A program made the position numbers and the translations under genes. Positions 36,401-48,400 of a DNA stretch of 64,000 bases are shown one piece after another. The first letter of the stretch is position 1, and each line of letters starts with the position of its first letter. The notes under the pieces were generated by a model. It had not been told where the DNA came from, did not search any database, and was given only the letters and a program-made list of their open reading frames with translations. The DNA comes from Lama guanicoe (Eukaryota), in NCBI GenBank assembly GCA_013239625.1, contig MU054413.1:10339109-10403108 (forward strand), read 5' to 3'.

Positions 36401-39400
36401 CCCTGGGGCTCTGGGGCTGGGCCTTCCTGGCCCCAGGCCATGGGAGCCTTCCACAGCTGCCTCCTGCCAGCAAACTCTCTGAGGATCTGTCAACAGGTTA
36501 AGCAAATCTGGGGCTCTCACCGCCTGCACTCCGGTTCCCAGAGCCCATTGGCCAGAGGCCCCCAAACAGGAAGTACACACTGGGGCACGGTGGTCACTGT
36601 GAGCCAACTGGCATCTTGGGCAATGGGAACCAGGCTAGAGGTTGCACTACTCACCGCAGATGGGGGTAAGGGCGAGCCAGTGGGGCCTGCTGGGAAGGTA
36701 AGAGAGAGGGCTCCACCTCCCCTCTTCCATGTAGTCAAGAGAGATGGTGACCACATAATGTACTGCCTGAACTGTGACACTTTTGAGGAGGAAGAGGGCG
36801 TGCTATTAACAACTACGTGGGCAGCAGTGCCAACCCTGTGGATGGATTGTAAGGGACTGTTCAATCCCTGCTCTGCTTCCGAGGTGCCTGAGGCCTAGGG
36901 AGCCCTCCTCCCCGACCCCCCCCCCACCAGTCTTTAGTCCTCTCCATTCAGTCAGTGCTGAGCCTTCACTGCAGAGTGACCCTGTCAGGTGGGAGGAGCG
37001 GGCACGTCCATAGAAAGGCTTGTGTCTGCTCTCCTCCCATCTCCTGCTTCAGGGCATGAGCTGGGTTTGTTTTATACGCATATATGAAGGGAGTCCTTTG
37101 TGGAATTTTGATTAAAGGTTTTAAAGCACAGAGAGGAGTATCTCTGTACACTCTGGGGTGAAAACGGGAGGTGGGGCCTGTTGGAGCTAGGCAGGACCCC
37201 AGGGCACCGCACTGCGGGGGGCATCTTTTCAACTAGGCGTTTCATCTGCCAGCTGCCTATGCTGGCTCTGCTGAGCTGGGCCTGGGGCTGACAACCAAGG
37301 CCTGCAGCTGAAGCCCAGGAGTCCCCTGGCTGCATGACATTGCTTCCAAGCTCCCTTCTCAGGCCCAAGGCTGTAGGCCAGTGTGGGCCTCCTGCTGTGC
37401 CTGGGGGCCTTGCGGAGAGGGTGAGTGTGGGCCTCTGGCCTCAAGACCACACTGACACCTCCAGCGGCCAGAACCCTGAACCCTGGCTCCTGCTTTGTCC
37501 CAGGGGGTCCACTCTTCTATTCTCACCCGCTGCCATGGACACTCAGTGCCAGCTGCCACAGAAAGAGGGTGCTGTTCTCACAGTTTGTGGGGGCCTAGTG
37601 GGCAGGGATGGGGAGGGTGACACCTGCTTGGGTCAGGGCCAGGCTCCACCCAGGCTTGCAGGACATGCCCACAGACCAGACTCTGTCTCCCAGCTCAGAA
37701 AGAGTGTTCCTGTGCAATGGGGAGGCTACACTGGCCCAGACCCCAGCTTCTGACCTCAAGACAGAGACAACTTCTAAGAATCTGGCTGCCATACCCCAGG
37801 CCCAGCTGCCTCTGTATAGAGAGAGGGAGGAGGCCCCAGAGCAGAAAGCCACCACATTTCCTCCCCAGCTTCCTCCTGCATGGCCTCAAGCTCTTGTCTC
37901 TGGACCTTTACTAGTGAATGCACCTCGGCTTCGTGGTTTCCTGTTTTCAGTAAAATTTACTCTGAGCTCCAGGCTCCATCTTTATCCATGACAAAGTGCC
38001 CTCCCTGACATGGCAGGGAGAGGCAGGTTGCCAAGGTGTCCCTCCGTGCTGGCTCTGGGCTGGTAGTGCCTCTGCAAATGTCAGCCCTGGTGGCTGAGCC
38101 CTACAGGCCCCAGTTCAGTGCTTGCCGATGGAGGTGCCTGGATCAGAGGAGAGCAGCAAGTACGTGGTGCTTGCCTCCAGGGGGCTGGGGGGAGCCCCGG
38201 GGCCGCTAGCACTTTGGCCTCTGCGCAGGGTGGGACTGAGGCAGGAAACATGGATCACGGCACCATCTGCAGCCCTGGGAGGGAAATTCGTGCTTTAAAG
38301 CACTAAGTCATCATTAAGAGATGTATCAGGAATTGGGGGACCTGTGATATATCTCCCGATGTTCACATTTAATAAAGGCCTCCTGCCTTTATTCCCACAA
38401 AGGGAGAGGCTAAGAGAATGGAATTGACACTCTCTGAAAACACACCACAGAGGCCTGTGGAGATGCTGCTGTTGGATCAGGCTGGCCCTGCCTGGGGGTC
38501 TGTGGTGATGGGCACTAGGGCAGGTGTGCAGAAACACTGGGGCCTGCTTCTCAAAAGACCAGCCCTGGGGCTGCTCTCACTGCTACCTGGCCAGAGCTCC
38601 CACCTATACCAGCAGCCTGGGACAGAGGGGCTAGTGCCTCCCCTTCTTCAGGGTGTGCTCTGTGGCGGGGGAACTGGGAGGACGTGGTGGGGCTGGAGGC
38701 TGCAGGGGCCCTGTCACCTTCCACCCCAGCGTGGGCACTGTCACCCTGCCTCCTGGAAGAGGCCTTCCTGGGTGTCAGCTAGAGCTCTCCAGGGCTGGCC
38801 TGACTATGCTGGAGGTTGGGCTAAGATTTGCTCAGGGAACTCAAAGAGAACAACAGTGGCAGAAAGAGGAACTGGGGTTGCCAGCCAGGATGCTAGGTGC
38901 AAAGTCCTCTTGAGAAGCCAGCACTCACACAGCCCACATGAGCGTTTGTCCCAGCCCACTGAGCGCACTGACCACCTAGCCCCTTCACTGGGCATTCACT
39001 GTACCTGCTTTGCATGGTCCCTTCTGCATGGACCCTGTGTCTACCTAACTATTCTGTGGGTTCTATGGTGGGGGTCCAATAACAACCTGCCCTTTGGACC
39101 AGGTTGCAAAGTTGACCACGGATGCACAACACCATGGGTGATGGGTCAAACTAGGATGCCAGGGTTCTGTTCTCTGGACCACTCACAATCGGCAGGGCCA
39201 CCTCTGACTTTCAACGAGCTCTAGTTCCCAGCAGCGTTGTCTGGGCATGGTGGGATCTCCTCAACAGCAGTAATGCCCTGAGTTCTTGCAGGCCAAGGGG
39301 CAGAGGTTTCATTTTGTTTTGCAGTTCTGGTCTATTAGTATATCTCCCTGGAATGTGTGTTAAGAGGGATTCTGAAGTATCAATATAGCCTAATGAGACA

Positions 39401-42400
39401 GTGCTGACATCAGCTAGCAATGTCTGTCTTGGGCGTAGGACAGCGAAGGGCAGTATGTGTTCCACATCTTTGCCTCTTCTATACTCTGTGCTTTCCAAAA
39501 CACTGTCATGTGTGTTATTACTTCTTTGATCTCCTCCTTCCTGAAAATCCTGGGAGGTTATACTGTCTCTATTTAACCTATAGGGAAACAAGTTTGAAAA
39601 GGTTTTTATCTTGCCACAAGTGAATGTGGAACTTGGACTAAAGCCTGGGTCTCCTGCTTCCCAGGCCTGCGCTCCTTCCTCTTCACTGAAGCGAGTGGCA
39701 TTACAGGCCAGGACTTGAACTTGCTAACAGTACATACCAGGGCCCTGGGGGATGAACCTGTGCCCACAAGCCCACAAACAGAGGATCTGCTCCTTCCACA
39801 TCAGTCTTTTCACTCCCCTTTCTGCCTGGCAGCCCTGAAGCCACATGACTCCTGGTGGGCATGGGGGCCCACGTACCCAGCTTGCTTGCAGGAGGGGATG
39901 GGGAAGGGAGAAACTTATCTACCCACAGAGCCCCAGGGTCTCTTGGAGGAACCAAGTCAGTTGCATGTGTAGCATTTGAGCAGCTGCAGAACATTCTCAA
40001 GAAGCAGGGCTACTGGAAGGGCCTGAATTTAATCATGCTGGGCCAGAGAAGGTCGGCTTACTTGGCGTGCAGCACAGGGAGGGGGCCAGGCTGGGGGTTC
40101 CTGAGCTGAAGCCAGGGGAAGCAGCCTTCACAAACAGCAGCAGGGTCCAGCTTTAATCAACATAAGAGCCCTCAGCCCTAAAATTTTGAGATGAGCTGCC
40201 AAGAGCAGTATCCCCTGCTCACAGACTTTCAGGAGGCTGTTGCTGGTAACTCTTGTACTGGAAGTGGGTGGTGGGAGATTTTTTGTCTTTCGGCCTGGAC
40301 AGGTGTCTTCTGCAGAACCCACCAGCCTGAGAATCCAGGGTTGGTGATCTGGGCTGTCTAACCTGCTGCCTGTGATTCGTATGGCAGAGAGGCTCCCTTA
40401 GGCCCTCCTCCTCCCCATCCCCCTGCAGCTGGGGCTCAGCGCCTGACCTCCCAGTTGCCTTCCGTGCTTCCTCCCGGGGCCCAGCCCTTCCTCTTACAGG
40501 GCCCTCTCTGCCTGCCACGTAGACCCCTCCCCCAAGCCTGGCCTCCCTGCCTGAAGCCTGGAGCTAGGCAGAGGGCCGAGGCTGTACAATGACTTCCCCT
40601 GCTGGGTGGCACACCATTGTGTGACAGGCCTGGGCTGGCCCAGATGCCCCTTGCAGCACAGCTGTTCCTAGCTCTGGGTGATAGAGGCTGAGAGCTGGGT
40701 GGGGACAGCTCAGGCCGTTTGCAGGAATGTCCGGCTCTCAGGAAACTGGGGGGAGGGAGGGAAGCCCAGGGAGAAAAGAAGAGATGGCAGGGCTCAGATA
40801 CAGGATTTCTCTTGGTTTTGGGGAGACTTGGCAGCGAGTCTCATCCCTCTGCTTAGAAAGCCTCATCCTTTAAGACATGGATGCAAATGCCTTGTCCAGA
40901 ACCTCCCCTGGCTCCTGGCTCTGAGCTCCTAGCACATTGCAGAGTGTCACCTCTCTATTAAGTGTCCATTTCCCCACTAACCATAGGCACCTTGAGGGCA
41001 GAACTGTATCCAACTCATCTCTGACTTCCTAGCCTCTAGCACAGGTCTGGTGCATATTTAGTGTTGAATGAATGAATGAGTGAATGAGTGAATGACTCTT
41101 ACTTGCCCTTGTCCTACAGGAAGTTTGGTCCTGTGCTGGTGAGGGCTGGCTTGAACCAGGTGGATAACTGTAGGTGTAGGTCTGCTAGGTATCTCTAGAC
41201 AGATGTATACACCCCTCTTAGACCATGGGGACCTCTCCTGGAACCTCAGGGTGGCTGGTCTGATGCTTCTTGGGGCTTCGGCTGGAAGGGGCTGGAATGG
41301 TCCTACTTCCTCAAACACTCATCCGGTGAAATCTGCCCAATAGCAGAGAAGGCCCCTCCTGTGGTCACCTTTGGCTTGAGGGCACACATGACCCTAGGCG
41401 GGTTCACTGTTTAGAGGTGACAGTCTGGTCAGTGGAAGCAAATCTTCAGAGTGGAGGGCCCTTGCTTGCTAGCTTCTGCCCCATCCCTACTCTGGCTTAG
41501 CTGGGCTGGGAGGGAGTAGAAGAGGTGCTTGAGAAAGGACTCACCCTTGGGATCTGCCCCAGACAGCATGTCGTGGGGAGGATACGTAGACAGAGAGCCC
41601 TGCTCTGAGCCCCGAATGCTGCCATGGGTCTGGACCACCTGTGGCTCCCTGGACCCACCCTGGATTATAACTTGCCCTTAGGCCTTTGTTCAGGCTCATG
41701 CCTGGATCCAGACCATGCTTTTCCCTTTGCTACGCTAACTGTGACTGACTGACAATACAGCCCAGGTGTCACCTGCCCCAGGAAGCCTTCCCCAAGGCCT
41801 TCTCAGTGCCCCATCCACACCTTGGCCCCGCACATGGATGTCCTCATGGCCTTCCTTATCAACTGCACTTCAATTCATGGCAGGGCCCACACAGCCTCCT
41901 TCATCTGTGTCTCTGGGTTCTGGCACACAGTGGGCATTCAGGGAACACTGGCTGAATGAATGAATGAAAAAACGAATAAACGAACAAATACAGTCCAGTG
42001 TTACCTTCAGAACAATGCTCCTGTGGTCACTGTAGTTCTTCACTCTGGTGTCCCTAACAAAAATTAAATGAAAGCGATATTTTCCCCCAACCTGAAGAAG
42101 CAGGAAAAAAAATGGAAGGGATAGATTCTTTTTGACTGAAAATTTTTCTCCTATAAATGTTTTGCCAGCTGGTACCTGACACTGTTTGTCTGTACTATGG
42201 TATTCCAGCCCAGGAGCCATATGCATAATCCCCCGGTAATGGCCTCAGAGAACCTCATCCCTGATCCTGGTCATGAAGGTGTTTTCTGGTAGAAGAGTTG
42301 GTGATGACCAGGATGAGAAAGGAAGACAAAAGGAGACTGCATTTCTTACCACCCAACTTCCCACATCCCTACCAGGGAGCTGGTACAGGCCAAGACCTGC

Positions 42401-45400
42401 CTCCAGGAGGGCCAGAATGTCAGGGGCCCACATGTGAGGAGGCAGTGCTCATGGGTCTCCACCAGTCTAGGCTGGATCCCTACAGAGGGTTGGGTCTATA
42501 GATGAAAATTCTTTCTAGCCATAGGGACCCATCCCAAGTTCTGCAGGGACTGCTTGGGGAGTGGCCCACCCATTGTGGGTGGTTAAATGTGGCTAGGGTG
42601 ATTTCACATTTCTCTAATTCTTGTTTCTTCTGGAAGCCAAAAGGAAGCCAGAAGTTGCCTCCAAAACTCAGAATCTTAGAATATTATGGGTCTCACCAAC
42701 TGCCTCTTTAGGAAACTCTAGGACTTCAGGGTGTGGGGAAGGGTGGGGAGTGGGGTGAGAGTAGTGTGTTCACTGGCCTAGGTCAGGATGAGGAAGAGCA
42801 GCATGGCAAATGCTATCAGTCATGCACCCAAAATCTATTCTCCACTTCTTCCTCACTAGCAGAGCTCTGATTTTGTTTGAGACAGTGATATATCTGGTCC
42901 CCAAATAATAAGCCAATTCTGACAATCCTGTCCCTCATTTTTTTTCCAAACTCCTTTGTTCCAGAGTACCCATGTGAACCTCTTCTGGCCAATGAGGCAC
43001 AATCAGAACTCTGGAGAATAGTTCTAGAAAACTTTTTACTTTCCTGATAAAAGGGCAGAAGTGGCATGCATTGCTCTTTGTTTTCTTGTCATTTCCTGCC
43101 TTAAATGCCAACATGATGGCTGGAGCTACAGCAGCCATCTTGCAACCATGAGGGAAAGGCCAAGAAACATTAGCTCTGACATCACTGAGTGTGAAATTAG
43201 CATTTGTAATTCTGTGGAACTCTTGTTATGTGAGAAAAATGCATTCTAATTTATTTATGTCTTCATAGTTAAGTTTTTTATTTGTAGCCAAACACATCTA
43301 TAAATGCTATTGGGGAGCTGACCAAGAAGATGATTCACCCTGAAGCTAGGTGCAGGTAGGGAGGGGTTATGTCACAACTGAGTCCCTCCATGTCAGCACA
43401 ATAAATGATACCCCCCTGCCTGTCCTCCCCTGTTAGTGTGTCTCTGGCCCACTTGTGTGATTGGCTGAAGTGACAGTATTATCCTGGGCTCTTTAGAATG
43501 TGGGTCCACCATCCTCCCCAGAGACACACTAGATAAAGAGCCCAGCTCAGACCTGCTCCGACCGCACAGTCCACAGTACCATTGTCAAAAGAGAGGGGTC
43601 CAACAGAATCACCTTTTGGGGACAGAGGGACAGAGCTGAGGCCTCATTTACCATCAGGGGCCCTAGGGCAGACAGATTACAAAAATGTCCCCAATCCTCA
43701 CACCTCCCTATATGTACACTCTGCAATGTAACTTTGCAGTTCAGTCCTTCAAAAGATAGAGTTTATTCCCCTACGTCTCCAACCTGGGCTGGCCTTGTGA
43801 CTTGCTTTGGAAAACAGAATGTGGCAGAAGTAACCTTGTTCTGGGCCCAAGCCTGGGCCTCAAGAGGCCTTGCCTGCTCCTGCTGTCTCTCCTGGACCCT
43901 TTCTGGCTCCATATGAACCAGCACTGGCTAGCCTTCTGGGATAGGAGAGGTGGCCCAGTTGCCCTATCATTCTAGCTGACAGGCAGCTGACCCCCAGAAG
44001 AACAGCCAGCCAACCAACACATAGCCACCCACACGTGTGGGAGCCCAGTGGACAGCAGAAGAACCGCTCAGCTAAGCCAGGTCCCTACTGCCAGCCTGCA
44101 GAATTGGAGCTAAGTCAACAGCTGTTTTAGGTCTCTCTGGTCAGTTTGGTTTGTAAAGCAGGATTATGGTGGTGATAGCTGATACAGTCCTCCTCCTCAT
44201 GGATAACCAAGCGCTTCCACAGACGTGAGCTAATTCAATTCCCCAAGCACCACCTCTGCAGGAGATCTTATCTCTCTTTTATAGATGACAACGCCAGTAT
44301 TTGGAAAGGTTCTGACTTGCTCGTGATCACGCAGTCAGCTCACAGTAGAAATCATCCCACCTCAGCCCATCGCCCCAAATGACGTCACCATCCAGCCCCG
44401 CAGGCCCTATCTCCTTGTCCAACCTTACAGACCTTGCACATTGCTTTGGGCAGTGGCCTCACCCACGCAAGCATCAGACTGGACCACAGACATCAGCCCC
44501 TGCCAACTCTGACATGTTACCACAGAGCATCACACCGATACGATGTAGGGGAAGAGGCCAGAGGGCACCTTCTCCCATTTGGAACAGACAAACCACCATG
44601 TGGGTTAGCGCGGCTCCATAGGTACACAGCTTGGCAAGTGGAGTGAGGGTTGGCCAGACCCCAAGGCACAGACTCAATCTGGACCATCCTACAGAGCTGC
44701 CCTGGGTGAGCACAGAGGCCAAAATAGACTCTGAGTGGCCACAGAGGCAGATGAACCAACACCCTAGCTTGGCACACACCAGCCCCCCATAAATATGCAT
44801 AACTGATGGACTCGAGGTGCAACAAAATCGTCAAGGACTCACCCATGCATGGCATTCCATTCCCATCCATCCTGTCCCCTCACATAGAAGGTGGAGCTGC
44901 CCTCCTCCACCTCCCCTCCCTGTGGCCACCCCATCACTCACCGACAGGGTAGGGGTGCCCTCATCCTCCACGGTGACTAGCAGGTGGTAGAAGCTCTGCC
45001 GCTCGCGGTCGGGCGGGGCAGGCCGCGTGGTGATCTCACCGCTGATGCGGTCCATGCGAAAGGTCATGTCCTTGTTGCCCTCGGTAATGTAGTAGGACAG
45101 GACGCTGTTGATTCCAATGTCACGGTCGGTGGCTCTCACCTGGACCACGGTGGTACCCCCACCCACGTTCTGAGGGGAGAGCAGAAAGGCGGTCATTCCG
45201 GATTCAAGGCCTTTAGGGCAAAATCTAGCACCTGCTCTTGAGTGCCCAAGGGTTGCACCTGACTCTGGAAAGCTCTGCTCTATCCTGGGTCCATGATAAG
45301 GAAGATAAAGATCATCGTGGTGAACATTCTGTGGGCACCGTGTCCGAGTTAACTCATCAAATCCTCTCTATAACCCTACAGATTAGGTCCTCTCCATTTA

Positions 45401-48400
45401 CGGATGAGAAAACTGACCTGCAGGGGAGGAACGTGTGTGAGTCACACAGCAGAGCCACGGTGTGAATCCAGGGAGGCCTCTACAGCCCTGTGTCAACCTG
45501 CCTTCATGAATGTCCAGCCTAGAGTGATACCCAGCAGGGTCTGGACAAAAATTCTACCAGAGTGACTCGATCTTAGGACTGAAAAATGTGTGAGCTATTT
45601 TATTTAAAAGCAGCTCTCTCAGGGTAAACAGGTCCCTGTTGGTGGTGAAAGGCTACTTTCTTTATCTCCTCTCCTTTCCTCTCCTCTTCATCCGAACCAT
45701 GAAGAGCTTTCCTCTGTAGGCAGACCTTCAAACGGGTGCTTCATGGTCAGCTCACACCCACTGTCCACCCTGGATGTTCAGCTGTATGGGCGCCAGAGCT
45801 GCCCTCACCTCATTGACACTGACGTTGTATCCAAAGGCGCTCTCGATCACTGGAGGGTTGTCATTGACGTCTAGGATGGTCACTTGCAGGATGTGGTCCT
45901 TCTTCCGTGGAGGGGTGCCACGGTCAGATGCCACAACCTGTGAGGAGGGGATGACTGGAATCAGGGCTAAGGGTGAGGGGGGGATCAGGAATATGGAGTC
46001 CGAATGTGCTGTCTGCTCAGTGTGGAGGAAAGAGAGGGCAGAGGGACTCACTGGCCCATCCCTGCCCCCTCGGTGGCCGCTAGCCTTGAGCCCTCCCCAA
46101 GGCTTTCAACATTTGTCCTATGCTGCAAACCACTGTTGCCCAATTTTCATCTGACTGGGGACCCTCCTTTGCAATCTAACTCCGATATGCCCAGTTTTTA
46201 CCTCCTGACTATGACCCTGGGGGCCTGCAACCAGACCCAGGGCTCCTGCCTGTAGCTTCAAAGCCTCTGTTCCATGTCCTCAGATCTGGTCTCTGACAAA
46301 CAGAGAAACAGTCTCAAATAATATTTTCAGTAATGATCTAGAGTCCTAGCATAGCCTGAGTCTGTCCTTAGGAGACTTGCTGGTTCCCAGATGCCTGCAA
46401 GACAGCAGAAAGTGCTTGAGAGCTCAGACTCCTGCAGAAGCATGGCCCTGGGGACCCCAGAGACTCCTTAGGAAACATGGCAGCCACAGCAACTCAGCAG
46501 TAATGGTGGCCTTCATGATTCCTTGCTTGTACGTATTTCTCACCTCAGCAGAGATTTTCCCGCCCCATGCATGGTGTGGGGGAAACTAAGGCCCAGGGTA
46601 AACAACTTGCTCAAGGTCACACAGTGTCTGTGTGCAACAGCCAGGGCTCTTATCAGCTGGCAGTCTTTCTCTCCTCACTCTTATAGCAGAGACAGATACC
46701 TCCCGTGTTTCCTGCCCTGGGTCCAGAGACCCCTCCTCCCAGGATGCCCTTTCCCAGGTCAACCTCACTCATGCTCTTGGCCCTTAGGAGTGCTGTCTGC
46801 CCCACGGCCCTTGGTGTCAGCAGCAAGCTGACTGCCCGGGTGTGCTGATAGGCTGAGTTGTCTCTAGATGGAGGGGGGCTGGTTCCCACCTTGAGGATAT
46901 AGTGGTCCAGCTCTTCTCTGTCCAGCAGTCTGGCCACAAACACTTCACCAATGGAGTCATTGGTGGTGATGATCTCAAAGGCCCCAGCGATGTTGCCAGA
47001 AGCCAGGGAGAAGACCACCTGTCCGGGGGAAAGAGCATGCCGAGTGAGGAAGTGTAGAGGACGGGACAAGGGGCGCTCCTCTGCCCACCTGGGCCTTCTG
47101 CTCAGCAAAGGTGTCTGAGAAGAATGTGTTTTAGGCAGAAGTGGTTACAACCCTCAAAATGGGGGTAGTGGGTCCACTGAGGTGATGCAGGGTCTGTGAC
47201 AGGCTCCTGGGTGGTGGGGGGATGTGAGCATACTGGCCTGGGGCCAGGAGGGCGGGTGAGTCCCAACACATGAAGTTTCCCAGGGCCGGGGGCGGGGAAG
47301 CACTGAACCCCCCAGCAAAGGAGCAGGCTTGGCCCTGCTGTTACAAGGACTCTATTGGGCTCTCACAACAACCCCGTCACAGGGAGCCACTCTCTTCAGC
47401 TCAGAGAGGAGGCTGCGGACAGCGAAACCACTGGCGAGGTTACACAGCTTGTAAGCGCCCAGGAGAACAAGGATTTGAACCCACAGGCTTCTAACTCCAG
47501 AGCCAGCATCCCTCAGCTCCCTAGAGGTGTGCAAACATTTAAATAAAGGTAGAAACCTCCTCACACACAACCCAATTTGTAGCCTAGGTCAAAGTGGTGT
47601 GAAGACTGAAACATCTGTCACTCCTCTTCCTCGTGCTCGGGGGGAGGCCCAAACCTGCAGGGTTGGGGAGCACTTCCTGCTGTGGGACAGGTAGAGAGCC
47701 TGAGAAGCAGGGGTGCAGAGGAGCGTGGGGAGGGCTGCCCAAGGATGGCACAGAAGGTGAGATGCTGTGTGGTTTGTGGATGAGGTGACCCGGGATTCAC
47801 TGGGAAAGCTAAATCCCCACAGCTCGCTGTGGGGAATGACTCTGGCCAGCCTTCAGCTCTGTGCTCCCTGGACCCAGGCAGGGCTGACTGCTTGAACAGC
47901 TCTGCCTCCTTTCCCAGACCACGGACTGTGGTGAGGGCCAGGCTCTCCTGCTCAGGACCAGGCAGAGCCTGGGGGACCCTGCTTCCTGCTTAGTGACAGG
48001 GATGGCTTGGGAGGCCCCCTCCAGCTGAGGGGCTGAGGGAATCCCCTCCTGACAGGCCAGTTTTGGATTATTTCACCTGGTGCCCACCTGCCCATTGCTG
48101 CCAGCGTCGGGGTCCCGGGCCTTGACGGTGGCCACGTGCTGGCCCACAGGGTAGTCCTCGGGCACACTGACCGCTGAGTCAGAGGTGAAGTCGAACCGGG
48201 GACTATTGTCATTCTCGTCCAGGACAGTGATGTAGACCTGGGGATGAACACAGCCAGAGAACTCCCACCTCCTTCCCCTCCCTGGCCCCAGTCACAGGGT
48301 CTCACCATGGGCCCGGTGGAGACCAGACCTCCAATCCATTCCAGAAGGTCAGCAAGCTTTCAGAGCCCACCTAGGCCAATCCTGATTTTACTCGGAGGCC

